Shown piece after piece: positions 11,089-26,500 of a stretch of 64,000 nucleotides of DNA (position 1 is its first letter; the number at the start of each line of letters is the position of its first letter). A model generated the notes under the pieces. That model was not told where the DNA came from and did no database searches. It worked only from the letters and a program-made list of their open reading frames with translations. Both the position numbers and the translations under genes were made by a program. The DNA comes from Auanema rhodensis (Eukaryota > Animalia > Nematoda): NCBI GenBank assembly GCA_964057225.1, contig CAXKVF010000081.1, forward strand, positions 124,001-188,000. The letters run 5' to 3'.

Positions 11089-14000
11089 GCACATCACGTG
11101 TACATTTAATTAGCATAAATTAAAGTTCACGTAAATTTCAAAGTCATGGTTACCATGAAGCATTATCAATAAAAATTTGTTTTTAGACTAATATGGACAT
11201 GGGGAATCTAATTTTGAAAACCGCATCTCTTTATCTTCCACGTGAAGCGAGTTACATACCAAGTGCACATCACGTGTACATTTAATTAGCATAAATTAAA
11301 GTTCACGTAAATTTCAAAGTCATGGTTACCATAAAGCAATATCAATAAAAATTTGTTTTTAGACTAATATGGACATGGGGAATCTAATTTTAAAAACCGC
11401 ATCTCTTTATCTTTCACGTGAAGCGAGTTACATACCAAGTGCACATCACGTGTACATTTAATTAGCATAAATTAAAGTTCACGTAAATTTCAAAGTCATG
11501 GTTACCATGAACCAATATCAATAAAAATTTGTTTTTAGACTAATATGGACATGGGGAATCTAATTTTGAAAACCGCATCTCTTTATCTTTCACGTGAAGC
11601 GAGTTACATACCAAGTGCACATCACGTGTACATTTAATTAGCATAAATTAAAGTTCACGTAAATTTCAAAGTCATGGTTACCATGAACCAATATCAATAA
11701 AAATTTGTTTTTAGACTAATATGGACATGGGGAATCTAATTTTGAAAACCGCATTTCTTTATCTTTCACGTGAAGCGAGTTACATACCAAGTGCACATCA
11801 CGTGTACATTTAATTAGCATAAATTAAAGTTCACGTAAATTTCAAAGTCATGGTTACCATGCACCAATATCAATAAAAATTTGTTTTTAGACTAATATGG
11901 ACATGGGGAATCTAATTTTGAAAACCGCATCTCTTTATCTTTCACGTGAAGCGAGTTACATACCAAGTGCACATCACGTGTACATTTAATTAGCATAAAT
12001 TAAAGTTCACGTAAATTTCAAAGTCATGGTTACCATGAACCAATATCAATAAAAATTTGTTTTTAGACTAATATGGACATGGGGAATCTAATTTTGAAAT
12101 CCGCATCTCTTTATCTTTCACGTGAAGCGAGTTACATACCAAGTGCACATCACGTGTACATTTAATTAGCATAAATTAAAGTTCACGTAAATTTCAAAGT
12201 CATGGTTACCATGAACCAATATCAATAAAAATTTGTTTTTAGACTAATATGGACATGGGGAATCTAATTTTGAAAACCGCATTTCTTTATCTTTCACGTG
12301 AAGCGAGTTACATACCAAGTGCACATCACGTGTACATTTAATTAGCATAAATTAAAGTTCACGTAAATTTCAAAGTCATGGTTACCATGCACCAATATCA
12401 ATAAAAATTTGTTTTTAGACTGATATGGACATGGGGAATCTAATTTTGAAAACCGCATCTCTTTATCTTTCACGTGAAGCGAGTTACATACCAAGTGCAC
12501 ATCACGTGTACATTTAATTAGCATAAATTAAAGTTCACGTAAATTTCAAAGTCATGGTTACCATGAACCAATATCAATAAAAATTTGTTTTTAGACTAAT
12601 ATGGACATGGGGAATCTAATTTTGAAAACCGCATCTCTTTATCTTTCACGTGAAGCGAGTTACATACCAAGTGCACATCACGTGTACATTTAATTAGCAT
12701 AAATTAAAGTTCACGTAAATTTCAAAGTCATGGTTACCATGAACCAATATCAATAAAAATTTGTTTTTAGACTAATATGGACATGGGGAATCTAATTTTG
12801 AAAACCGCATCTCTTTATCTTTCACGTGAAGCGAGTTACATACCAAGTGCACATCACGTGTACATTTAATTAGCATAAATTAAAGTTCACGTAAACTTCA
12901 AAGTCATGGTTACCATGAAGCAATATCAATAAAAATTTGTTTTTAGACTAATATGGACATGGGGAATCTAATTTTGAAAACCGCATCTCTTTATCTTTCA
13001 CGTGAAGCGAGTTACATACCAAGTGCACATCACGTGTACATTTAATTAGCATAAATTAAAGTTCACGTAAATTTCAAAGTCATGGTTACCATGAACCAAT
13101 ATCAATAAAAATTTGTTTTTAGACTAATATGGACATGGGGAATCTAATTTTGAAAACCGCATCTCTTTATCTTTCACGTGAAGCGAGTTACATACCAAGT
13201 GCACATCACGTGTACATTTAATTAGCATAAATTAAAGTTCACGTAAATTTCAAAGTCATGGTTACCATGAACCAATATCAATAAAAATTTGTTTTTAGAC
13301 TAATATGGACATGGGGAATCTAATTTTGAAAACCGCATCTCTTTATCTTTCACGTGAAGCGAGTTACATACCAAGTGCACATCACGTGTACATTTAATTA
13401 GCATAAATTAAAGTTCACGTAAATTTCAAAGTCATGGTTACCATGAACCAATATCAATAAAAATTTGTTTTTAGACTAATATGGACATGGGGAATCTAAT
13501 TTTGGAAACCGTATCTCTTTATTTTTCACGTGAAGCGAGTTACATACCAAGTGCACATCACGTGTACATTTAATTAGCATAAATTAAAGTTCACGTAAAT
13601 TTCAAAGTCATGGTTACCATGAACCAATATCAATAAAAATTTGTTTTTAGACTAATATGGACATGGGGAATCTAAATTTGAAAACCGCATCTCTTTATCT
13701 TCCACCTGAAGCGAGTTACATACCAAGTGCACATCACGTGTACATTTAATTAGCATAAATTAAAGTTCACGTAAATTTCAAAGTCATGGTTACCATGAAC
13801 CAATATCAATAAAAATTTGTTTTTAGACTAATATGGACATGGGGAATCTAATTTTGAAAACCGCATCTCTTTATCTTTCACGTGAAGCGAGTTACATACC
13901 AAGTGCACATCACGTGTACATTTAATTAGCATAAATTAAAGTTCACGTAAATTTCAAAGTCATGGTTACCATGGACCAATATCAATAAAAATTTGTTTTT

Positions 14001-17000
14001 AGACTAATATGGACATGGGGAATCTAATTTTGAAAACCGCATTTCTTTATCTTTCACGTGAAGCGAGTTACATACCAAGTGCACATCACGTGTACATTTA
14101 ATTAGCATAAATTAAAGTTCACGTAAATTTCAAAGTCATGGTTACCATGCACCAATATCAATAAAAATTTGTTTTTAGACTAATATGGACATGGGGAATC
14201 TAATTTTGAAAACCGCATCTCTTTATCTTTCACGTGAAGCGAGTTACATACCAAGTGCACATCACGTGTACATTTAATTAGCATAAATTAAAGTTCACGT
14301 AAATTTCAAAGTCATGGTTACCATGCACCAATATCAATAAAAATTTGTTTTTAGACTGATATGGACATGGGGAATCTAATTTTGAAAACCGCATCTCTTT
14401 ATCTTTCACGTGAAGCGAGTTACATACCAAGTGCACATCACGTGTACATTTAATTGGCATAAATTAAAGTTCACGTAAATTTCAAAGTCATGGTTACCAT
14501 GAACCAATATCAATAAAAATTTGTTTTTAGACTAATATGGACATGGGGAATCTAATTTTGAAAACCGCATCTCTTTATCTTTCACGTGAAGCGAGTTACA
14601 TACCAAGTGCACATCACGTGTACATTTAATTAGCATAAATTAAAGTTCACGTAAATTTCAAAGTCATGGTTACCATGAACCAATATCAATAAAAATTTGT
14701 TTTTAGACTAATATGGACATGGGGAATCTAATTTTGAAAACCGCATCTCTTTATCTTTCACGTGAAGCGAGTTACATACCAAGTGCACATCACGTGTACA
14801 TTTAATTAGCATAAATTAAAGTTCACGTAAACTTCAAAGTCATGGTTACCATGAAGCAATATCAATAAAAATTTGTTTTTAGACTAATATGGACATGGGG
14901 AATCTAATTTTGAAAACCGCATCTCTTTATCGTTCACGTGAAGCGAGTTACATACCAAGTGCACATCACGTGTACATTTAATTAGCATAAATTAAAGTTC
15001 ACGTAAATTTCAAAGTCATGGTTACCATGAACCAATATCAATAAAAATTTGTTTTTAGACTAATATGGACATGGGGAATCTAATTTTGAAAACCGCATCT
15101 CTTTATCTTTCACGTGAAGCGAGTTACATACCAAGTGCACATCACGTGTACATTTAATTAGCATAAATTAAAGTTCACGTAAATTTCAAAGTCATGGTTA
15201 CCATGAACCAATATCAATAAAAATTTGTTTTTAGACTAATATGGACATGGGGAATCTAATTTTGAAAACCGCATTTCTTTATCTTTCACGTGAAGCGAGT
15301 TACATACCAAGTGCACATCACGTGTACATTTAATTAGCATAAATTAAAGTTCACGTAAATTTCAAAGTCATGGTTACCATGCACCAATATCAATAAAAAT
15401 TTGTTTTTAGACTAATATGGACATGGGGAATCTAATTTTGAAAACCGCATCTCTTTATCTTTCACGTGAAGCGAGTTACATACCAAGTGCACATCACGTG
15501 TACATTTAATTAGCATAAATTAAAGTTCACGTAAACTTCAAAGTCATGGTTACCATGAAGCAATATCAATAAAAATTTGTTTTTAGACTAATATGGACAT
15601 GGGGAATCTAATTTTGAAAACCGCATCTCTTTATCTTTCACGTGAAGCGAGTTACATACCAAGTGCACATCACGTGTACATTTAATTAGCATAAATTAAA
15701 GTTCACGTAAATTTCAAAGTCATGGTTACCATGAAGCAATATCAATAAAAATTTGTTTTTAGACTAATATGGACATGGGGAATCTAATTTTGAAAACCGC
15801 ATCTCTTTATCTTTCACGTGAAGCGAGTTACATACCAAGTGCACATCACGTGTACATTTAATTAGCATAAATTAAAGTTCACGTAAATTTCAAAGTCATG
15901 GTTACCATGAACCAATATCAATAAAAATTTGTTTTTAGACTAATATGGACATGGGGAATCTAATTTTGAACACCGCATCTCTTTATCTTTCACGTGAAGC
16001 GAGTTACATACCAAGTGCACATCACGTGTACATTTAATTAGCATGAATTAAAGTTCACGTAAATTTCAAAGTCATGGTTACCATGAACCAATATCAATAA
16101 AAATTTGTTTTTAGACTAATATGGACATGGGGAATCTAATTTTGGAAACCGTATCTCTTTATTTTTCACGTGAAGCGAGTTACATACCAAGTGCACATCA
16201 CGTGTACATTTAATTAGCATAAATTAAAGTTCACGTAAATTTCAAAGTCATGGTTACCATGAACCAATATCAATAAAAATTTGTTTTTAGACTAATATGG
16301 ACATGGGGAATCTAAATTTGAAAACCGCATCTCTTTATCTTCCACCTGAAGCGAGTTACATACCAAGTGCACATCACGTGTACATTTAATTAGCATAAAT
16401 TAAAGTTCACGTAAATTTCAAAGTCATGGTTACCATGAACCAATATCAATAAAAATTTGTTTTTAGACTAATATGGACATGGGGAATCTAATTTTGAAAA
16501 CCGCATCTCTTTATCTTTCACGTGAAGCGAGTTACATACCAAGTGCACATCACGTGTACATTTAATTAGCATAAATTAAAGTTCACGTAAATTTCAAAGT
16601 CATGGTTACCATGAACCAATATCAATAAAAATTTGTTTTTAGACTAATATGGACATGGGGAATCTAATTTTGAAAACCGCATTTCTTTATCTTTCACGTG
16701 AAGCGAGTTACATACCAAGTGCACATCACGTGTACATTTAATTAGCATAAATTAAAGTTCACGTAAATTTCAAAGTCATGGTTACCATGCACCAATATCA
16801 ATAAAAATTTGTTTTTAGACTAATATGGACATGGGGAATCTAATTTTGAAAACCGCATCTCTTTATCTTTCACGTGAAGCGAGTTACATACCAAGTGCAC
16901 ATCACGTGTACATTTAATTAGCATAAATTAAAGTTCACGTAAATTTCAAAGTCATGGTTACCATGCACCAATATCAATAAAAATTTGTTTTTAGACTAAT

Positions 17001-17536
17001 ATGGAGATGGGGAATCTAATTTTGAAAACCGCATCTCTTTATCTTTCACGTGAAGCGAGTTACATACCAAGTGCACATCACGTGTACATTTAATTAGCAT
17101 AAATTAAAGTTCACGTAAATTTCAAAGTCATGGTTACCATGAACCAATATCAATAAAAATTTGTTTTTAGACTAATATGGAGATGGGGAATCTAATTTTG
17201 AAAACCGCATCTCTTTATCTTTCACGTGAAGCGAGTTACATACCAAGTGCACATCACGTGTACATTTAATTAGCATAAATTAAAGTTCACGTAAATTTCA
17301 AAGTCATGGTTACCATGAACCAATATCAATAAAAATTTGTTTTTAGACTAATATGGACATGGGGAATCTAATTTTGAAAACCGCATTTCTTTATCTTTCA
17401 CGTGAAGCGAGTTACATACCAAGTGCACATCACGTGTACATTTAATTAGCATAAATTAAAGTTCACGTAAATTTCAAAGTCATGGTTACCATGCACCAAT
17501 ATCAATAAAAATTTGTTTTTAGACTGATATGGACAT

Positions 17537-17539
17537 GGG
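17537..17539. other. Single-G deletion giving a 175-bp monomer (17425-17599)
   Basis: ACATGGGAATC instead of ACATGGGGAATC; the array phase shifts by 1 for the rest of the window. Confidence 0.95.
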
Positions 17540-20500
17540 AATCTAATTTTGAAAACCGCATCTCTTTATCTTTCACGTGAAGCGAGTTACATACCAAGTG
17601 CACATCACGTGTACATTTAATTAGCATAAATTAAAGTTCACGTAAATTTCAAAGTCATGGTTACCATGAACCAATATCAATAAAAATTTGTTTTTAGACT
17701 AATATGGACATGGGGAATCTAATTTTGAAAACCGCATCTCTTTATCTTTCACGTGAAGCGAGTTACATACCAAGTGCACATCACGTGTACATTAAATTAG
17801 CATAAATTAAAGTTCACGTAAATTTCAAAGTCATGGTTACCATGAACCAATATCAATAAAAATTTGTTTTTAGACTAATATGGACATGGGGAATCTAATT
17901 TTGGAAACCGTATTTCTTTATTTTTCACGTGAAGCGAGTTACATACCAAGTGCACATCACGTGTACATTTAATTAGCATAAATTAAAGTTCACGTAAATT
18001 TCAAAGTCATGGTTACCATGAACCAATATCAATAAAAATTTGTTTTTAGACTAATATGGACATGGGGAATCTAATTTTGAAAACCGCATCTCTTTATCTT
18101 TCACGTGAAGCGAGTTACATACCAAGTGCACATCACGTGTACATTTAATTAGCATAAATTAAAGTTCACGTAAATTTCAAAGTCATGGTTACCATGAACC
18201 AATATCAATAAAAATTTGTTTTTAGACTAATATGGACATGGGGAATCTAATTTTGAAAACCGCATCTCTTTATCTTTCACGTGAAGCGAGTTACATACCA
18301 AGTGCACATCACGTGTACATTTAATTAGCATAAATTAAAGTTCACGTAAATTTCAAAGTCATGGTTACCATGAACCAATATCAATAAAAATTTGTTTTTA
18401 GACTAATATGGACATGGGAAATCTAATTTTGAAAACCGCATCTCTTTATCTTTCACGTGAAGCGAGTTACATACCAAGTGCACATCACGTGTACATTTAA
18501 TTAGCATAAATTAAAGTTCACGTAAATTTCAAAGTCATGGTTACCATGAACCAATGTCAATAAAAATTTGTTTTTAGACTAATATGGACATGGGGAATCT
18601 AATTTTGAAAACCGCATTTCTTTATCTTTCACGTGAAGCGAGTTACATACCAAGTGCACATCACGTGTACATTTAATTAGCATAAATTAAAGTTCACGTA
18701 AACTTCAAAGTCATGGTTACCATGCACCAATATCAATAAAAATTTGTTTTTAGACTAATATGGACATGGGGAATCTAATTTTGAAAACCGCATCTCTTTA
18801 TCTTTCACGTGAAACGAGTTACATACCAAGTGCACATCACGTGTACATTTAATTAGCATAAATTAAAGTTCACGTAAATTTCAAAGTCATGGTTACCATG
18901 AACCAATATCAATAAAAATTTGTTTTTAGACTAATATGGACATGGGGAATCTAATTTTGAGAACCGCATCTCTTTATCTTTCACGTGAAGCGAGTTACAT
19001 ACCAAGTGCACATCACGTGTACATTTAATTAGCATAAATTAAAGTTCACGTAAATTTCAAAGTCATGGTTACCATGAACCAATATCAATAAAAATTTGTT
19101 TTTAGACTAATATGGACATGGGGAATCTAATTTTGAAAACCGCATTTCTTTATCTTTCACGTGAAGCGAGTTACATACCAAGTGCACATCACGTGTACAT
19201 TTAATTAGCATAAATTAAAGTTCACGTAAATTTCAAAGTCATGGTTACCATGCACCAATATCAATAAAAATTTGTTTTTAGACTAATATGGACATGGGGA
19301 ATCTAATTTTGAAAACCGCATCTCTTTATCTTTCACGTGAAGCGAGTTACATACCAAGTGCACATCACGTGTACATTTAATTAGCATAAATTAAAGTTCA
19401 CGTAAATTTCAAAGTCATGGTTACCATGAACCAATATCAATAAAAATTTGTTTTTAGACTAATATGGACATGGGGAATCTAATTTTGAAAACCGCATCTC
19501 TTTATCTTTCACGTGAAGCGAGTTACATACCAAGTGCACATCACGTGTACATTTAATTAGCATAAATTAAAGTTCACGTAAATTTCAAAGTCATGGTTAC
19601 CATGAACCAATATCAATAAAAAGTTGTTTTTAGACTAATATGGACATGGGGAATCTAATTTTGAAAACCGCATCTCTTTATCTTTCACGTGAAGCGAGTT
19701 ACATACCAAGTGCACATCACGTGTACATTTAATTAGCATAAATTAAAGTTCACGTAAATTTCAAAGTCATGGTTACCATGAACCAATATCAATAAAAATT
19801 TGTTTTTAGACTAATATGGACATGGGGAATCTAATTTTGAAAACCGCATTTCTTTATCTTTCACGTGAAGCGAGTTACATACCAAGTGCACATCACGTGT
19901 ACATTTAATTAGCATAAATTAAAGTTCACGTAAATTTCAAAGTCATGGTTACCATGAACCAATATCAATAAAAATTTGTTTTTAGACTAATATGGACATG
20001 GGGAATCTAATTTTGAAAACCGCATTTCTTTATCTTTCACGTGAAGCGAGTTACATACCAAGTGCACATCACGTGTACATTTAATTAGCATAAATTAAAG
20101 TTCACGTAAATTTCAAAGTCATGGTTACCATGAACCAATATCAATAAAAATTTGTTTTTAGACTAATATGGACATGGGGAATCTAATTTTGAAAACCGCA
20201 TCTCTTTATCTTTCACGTGAAGCGAGTTACATACCAAGTGCACATCACGTGTACATTTAATTAGCATAAATTAAAGTTCACGTAAATTTCAAAGTCATGG
20301 TTACCATGAACCAATATCAATAAAAATTTGTTTTTAGACTAATATGGACATGGGGAATCTAATTTTGAAAACCGCATTTCTTTATCTTTCACGTGAAGCG
20401 AGTTACATACCAAGTGCACATCACGTGTACATTTAATTAGCATAAATTAAAGTTCACGTAAATTTCAAAGTCATGGTTACCATGCACCAATATCAATAAA

Positions 20501-23500
20501 AATTTGTTTTTAGACTAATATGGACATGGGGAATCTAATTTTGAAAACCGCATCTCTTTATCTTTCACGTGAAGCGAGTTACATACCAAGTGCACATCAC
20601 GTGTACATTTAATTAGCATAAATTAAAGTTCACGTAAATTTCAAAGTCATGGTTACCATGAAGCAATATCAATAAAAATTTGTTTTTAGACTAATATGGA
20701 CATGGGGAATCTAATTTTGAAAACTGCATCTCTTTATCTTTCACGTGAAGCGAGTTACATACCAAGTGCACATCACGTGTACATTTAATTAGCATAAATT
20801 AAAGTTCACGTAAATTTCAAAGTCATGGTTACCATGCACCAATATCAATAAAAATTTGTTTTTAGACTAATATGGACATGGGGAATCTAATTTTGAAAAC
20901 CGCATCTCTTTATCTTTCACGTGAAGCGAGTTACATACCAAGTGCACATCACGTGTACATTTAATTAGCATAAATTAAAGTTCACGTAAATTTCAAAGTC
21001 ATGGTTACCATGAACCAATATCAATAAAAATTTGTTTTTAGACTAATATGGACATGGGGAATCTAATTTTGAAAACCGCATCTCTTTATCTTTCACGTGA
21101 AGCGAGTTACATACCAAGTGCACATCACGTGTACATTTAATTAGCATAAATTAAAGTTCACGTAAATTTCAAAGTCATGGTTACCATGAACCAATATCAA
21201 TAAAAATTTGTTTTTAGACTAATATGGACATGGGGAATCTAATTTTGAAAACCGCATTTCTTTATCTTTCACGTGAAGCGAGTTACATACCAAGTGCACA
21301 TCACGTGTACATTTAATTAGCATAAATTAAAGTTCACGTAAATTTCAAAGTCATGGTTACCATGCACCAATATCAATAAAAATTTGTTTTTAGACTAATA
21401 TGGACATGGGGAATCTAATTTTGAAAACCGCATCTCTTTATCTTTCACGTGAAGCGAGTTACATACCAAGTGCACATCACGTGTACATTTAATTAGCATA
21501 AATTAAAGTTCACGTAAATTTCAAAGTCATGGTTACCATGAACCAATATCAATAAAAATTTGTTTTTAGACTAATATGGACATGGGGAATCTAATTTTGA
21601 AAACCGCATTTCTTTATCTTTCACGTGAAGCGAGTTACATACCAAGTGCACATCACGTGTACATTTAATTAGCATAAATTAAAGTTCACGTAAATTTCAA
21701 AGTCATGGTTACCATGCACCAATATCAATAAAAATTTGTTTTTAGACTAATATGGACATGGGGAATCTAATTTTGAAAACCGCATCTCTTTATCTTTCAC
21801 GTGAAGCGAGTTACATACCAAGTGCACATCACGTGTACATTTAATTAGCATAAATTAAAGTTCACGTAAATTTCAAAGTCATGGTTACCATGAACCAATA
21901 TCAATAAAAATTTGTTTTTAGACTAATATGGACATGGGGAATCTAATTTTGAAAACCGCATTTCTTTATCTTTCACGTGAAGCGAGTTACATACCAAGTG
22001 CACATCACGTGTACATTTAATTAGCATAAATTAAAGTTCACGTAAATTTCAAAGTCATGGTTACCATGCACCAATATCAATAAAAATTTGTTTTTAGACT
22101 AATATGGACATGGGAAATCTAATTTTGAAAACCGCATCTCTTTATCTTTCACGTGAAGCGAGTTACATATTAAGTGCACATCACGTGTACATTTAATTAG
22201 CATAAATTAAAGTTCACGTAAATTTCAAAGTCATGGTTACCATGAACCAATATCATTAAAAATTTGTTTTTAGACTAATATGGACATGGGAAATCTAATT
22301 TTGAAAACCGCATCTCTTTATCTTTCACGTGAAGCGAGTTACATACCAAGTGCACATCACGTGTACATTTAATTAGCATAAATTAAAGTTCACGTAAATT
22401 TCAAAGTCATGGTTACCATGAACCAATATCAATAAAAATTTGTTTTTAGACTAATATGGACATGGGGAATCTAATTTTGAAAACCGCATCTCTTTATCTT
22501 TCACGTGAAGCGAGTTACATACCAAGTGCACATCACGTGTACATTTAATTAGCATAAATTAAAGTTCACGTAAATTTCAAAGTCATGGTTACCATGCACC
22601 AATATCAATAAAAATTTGTTTTTAGACTAATATGGACATGGGGAATCTAATTTTGAAAACCGCATCTCTTCATCTTTCACGTGAAGCGAGTTACATACCA
22701 AGTGCACATCACGTGTACATTTAATTAGCATAAATTAAAGTTCACGTAAATTTCAAAGTCATGGTTACCATGAACCAATATCAATAAAAATTTGTTTTTA
22801 GACTAATATGGACATGGGGAATCTAATTTTGAAAACCGCATCTCTTTATCTTTCACGTGAAGCGAGTTACATACCAAGTGCACATCACGTGTACATTTAA
22901 TTAGCATAAATTAAAGTTCACGTAAATTTCAAAGTCATGGTTACCATGAACCAATATCAATAAAAATTTGTTTTTAGACTAATATGGACATGGGGAATCT
23001 AATTTTGAAAACCGCATTTCTTTATCTTTCACGTGAAGCGAGTTACATACCAAGTGCACATCACGTGTACATTTAATTAGCATAAATTAAAGTTCACGTA
23101 AATTTCAAAGTCATGGTTACCATGCACCAATATCAATAAAAATTTGTTTTTAGACTAATATGGACATGGGGAATCTAATTTTGAAAACCGCATCTCTTTA
23201 TCTTTCACGTGAAGCGAGTTACATACCAAGTGCACATCACGTGTACATTTAATTAGCATAAATTAAAGTTCACGTAAATTTCAAAGTCATGGTTACCATG
23301 AACCAATATCAATAAAAATTTGTTTTTAGACTAATATGGACATGGGGAATCTAATTTTGAAAACCGCATTATTTTATCTTTCACGTGAAGCGAGTTACAT
23401 ACCAAGTGCACATCACGTGTACATTTAATTAGCATAAATTAAAGTTCACGTAAATTTCAAAGTCATGGTTACCATGCACCAATATCAATAAAAATTTGTT

Positions 23501-23583
23501 TTTAGACTAATATGGACATGGGGAATCTAATTTTGAAAACCGCATCTCTTTATCTTTCACGTGAAGCGAGTTACATACCAAGT

Positions 23584-26500
23584 GCACATCACGTGTACAT
23601 TTAATTAGCATAAATTAAAGTTCACGTAAATTTCAAAGTCATGGTTACCATGAACCAATATCAATAAAAATTTGTTTTTAGACTAATATGGACATGGGGA
23701 ATCTAATTTTGAAAACCGCATTTCTTTATCTTTCACGTGAAGCGAGTTACATACCAAGTGCACATCACGTGTACATTTAATTAGCATAAATTAAAGTTCA
23801 CGTAAATTTCAAAGTCATGGTTACCATGCACCAATATCAATAAAAATTTGTTTTTAGACTAATATGGACATGGGGAATCTAATTTTGAAAACCGCATCTC
23901 TTTATCTTTCACGTGAAGCGAGTTACATACCAAGTGCACATCACGTGTACATTTAATTAGCATAAATTAAAGTTCACGTAAATTTCAAAGTCATGGTTAC
24001 CATGAACCAATATCAATAAAAATTTGTTTTTAGACTAATATGGACATGGGAAATCTAATTTTGAAAACCGCATCTCTTTATCTTTCACGTGAAGCGAGTT
24101 ACATACCAAGTGCACATCACGTGTACATTTAATTAGCATAAATTAAAGTTCACGTAAATTTCAAAGTCATGGTTACCATGAACCAATATCAATAAAAATT
24201 TGTTTTTAGACTAATATGGACATGGGGAATCTAATTTTGAAAACCGCATTATTTTATCTTTCACGTGAAGCGAGTTACATACCAAGTGCACATCACGTGT
24301 ACATTTAATTAGCATAAATTAAAGTTCACGTAAATTTCAAAGTCATGGTTACCATGAACCAATATCAATAAAAATTTGTTTTTAGACTAATATGGACATG
24401 GGGAATCTAATTTTGAAAACCGCATCTCTTTATCTTTCACGTGAAGCGAGTTACATACCAAGTGCACATCACGTGTACATTTAATTAGCATAAATTAAAG
24501 TTCACGTAAATTTCAAAGTCATGGTTACCATGAACCAATATCAATAAAAATTTGTTTTTAGACTAATATGGACATGGGGAATCTAATTTTGAAAACCGCA
24601 TTTCTTTATCTTTCACGTGAAGCGAGTTACATACCAAGTGCACATCACGTGTACATTTAATTAGCATAAATTAAAGTTCACGTAAATTTCAAAGTCATGG
24701 TTACCATGCACCAATATCAATAAAAATTTGTTTTTAGACTAATATGGACATGGGGAATCTAATTTTGAAAACCGCATCTCTTTATCTTTCACGTGAAGCG
24801 AGTTACATACCAAGTGCACATCACGTGTACATTTAATTAGCATAAATTAAAGTTCACGTAAATTTCAAAGTCATGGTTACCATGAACCAATATCAATAAA
24901 AATTTGTTTTTAGACTAATATGGACATGGGAAATCTAATTTTGAAAACCGCATCTCTTTATCTTTCACGTGAAGCGAGTTACATACCAAGTGCACATCAC
25001 GTGTACATTTAATTAGCATAAATTAAAGTTCACGTAAATTTCAAAGTCATGGTTACCATGAACCAATATCAATAAAAATTTGTTTTTAGACTAATATGGA
25101 CATGGGGAATCTAATTTTGAAAACCGCATTATTTTATCTTTCACGTGAAGCGAGTTACATACCAAGTGCACATCACGTGTACATTTAATTAGCATAAATT
25201 AAAGTTCACGTAAATTTCAAAGTCATGGTTACCATGAACCAATATCAATAAAAATTTGTTTTTAGACTAATATGGACATGGGGAATCTAATTTTGAAAAC
25301 CGCATCTCTTTATCTTTCACGTGAAGCGAGTTACATACCAAGTGCACATCACGTGTACATTTAATTAGCATAAATTAAAGTTCACGTAAATTTCAAAGTC
25401 ATGGTTACCATGAACCAATATCAATAAAAATTTGTTTTTAGACTAATATGGACATGGGAAATCTAATTTTGAAAACCGCATCTCTTTATCTTTCACGTGA
25501 AGCGAGTTACATACCAAGTGCACATCACGTGTACATTTAATTAGCATAAATTAAAGTTCACGTAAATTTCAAAGTCATGGTTACCATGAACCAATATCAA
25601 TAAAAATTTGTTTTTAGACTAATATGGACATGGGGAATCTAATTTTGAAAACCGCATTATTTTATCTTTCACGTGAAGCGAGTTACATACCAAGTGCACA
25701 TCACGTGTACATTTAATTAGCATAAATTAAAGTTCACGTAAATTTCAAAGTCATGGTTACCATGAACCAATATCAATAAAAATTTGTTTTTAGACTAATA
25801 TGGACATGGGGAATCTAATTTTGAAAACCGCATCTCTTTATCTTTCACGTGAAGCGAGTTACATACCAAGTGCACATCACGTGTACATTTAATTAGCATA
25901 AATTAAAGTTCACGTAAATTTCAAAGTCATGGTTACCATGAACCAATATCAATAAAAATTTGTTTTTAGACTAATATGGACATGGGGAATCTAATTTTGA
26001 AAACCGCATTTCTTTATCTTTCACGTGAAGCGAGTTACATACCAAGTGCACATCACGTGTACATTTAATTAGCATAAATTAAAGTTCACGTAAATTTCAA
26101 AGTCATGGTTACCATGCACCAATATCAATAAAAATTTGTTTTTAGACTAATATGGACATGGGGAATCTAATTTTGAAAACCGCATCTCTTTATCTTTCAC
26201 GTGAAGCGAGTTACATACCAAGTGCACATCACGTGTACATTTAATTAGCATAAATTAAAGTTCACGTAAATTTCAAAGTCATGGTTACCATGAACCAATA
26301 TCAATAAAAATTTGTTTTTAGACTAATATGGACATGGGAAATCTAATTTTGAAAACCGCATCTCTTTATCTTTCACGTGAAGCGAGTTACATACCAAGTG
26401 CACATCACGTGTACATTTAATTAGCATAAATTAAAGTTCACGTAAATTTCAAAGTCATGGTTACCATGAACCAATATCAATAAAAATTTGTTTTTAGACT

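Noticed and set aside
9526-14460. Four 60-aa minus-strand ORFs (9526-9708, 10406-10588, 12342-12524, 14278-14460)
   Set aside because: Each is one satellite monomer read through because an A>G SNP at monomer position 102 (9606, 10486, 12422, 14358) turns a minus-strand TAG into CAG. A fifth copy (17526) is frameshifted. There is no recognisable domain or gene context.
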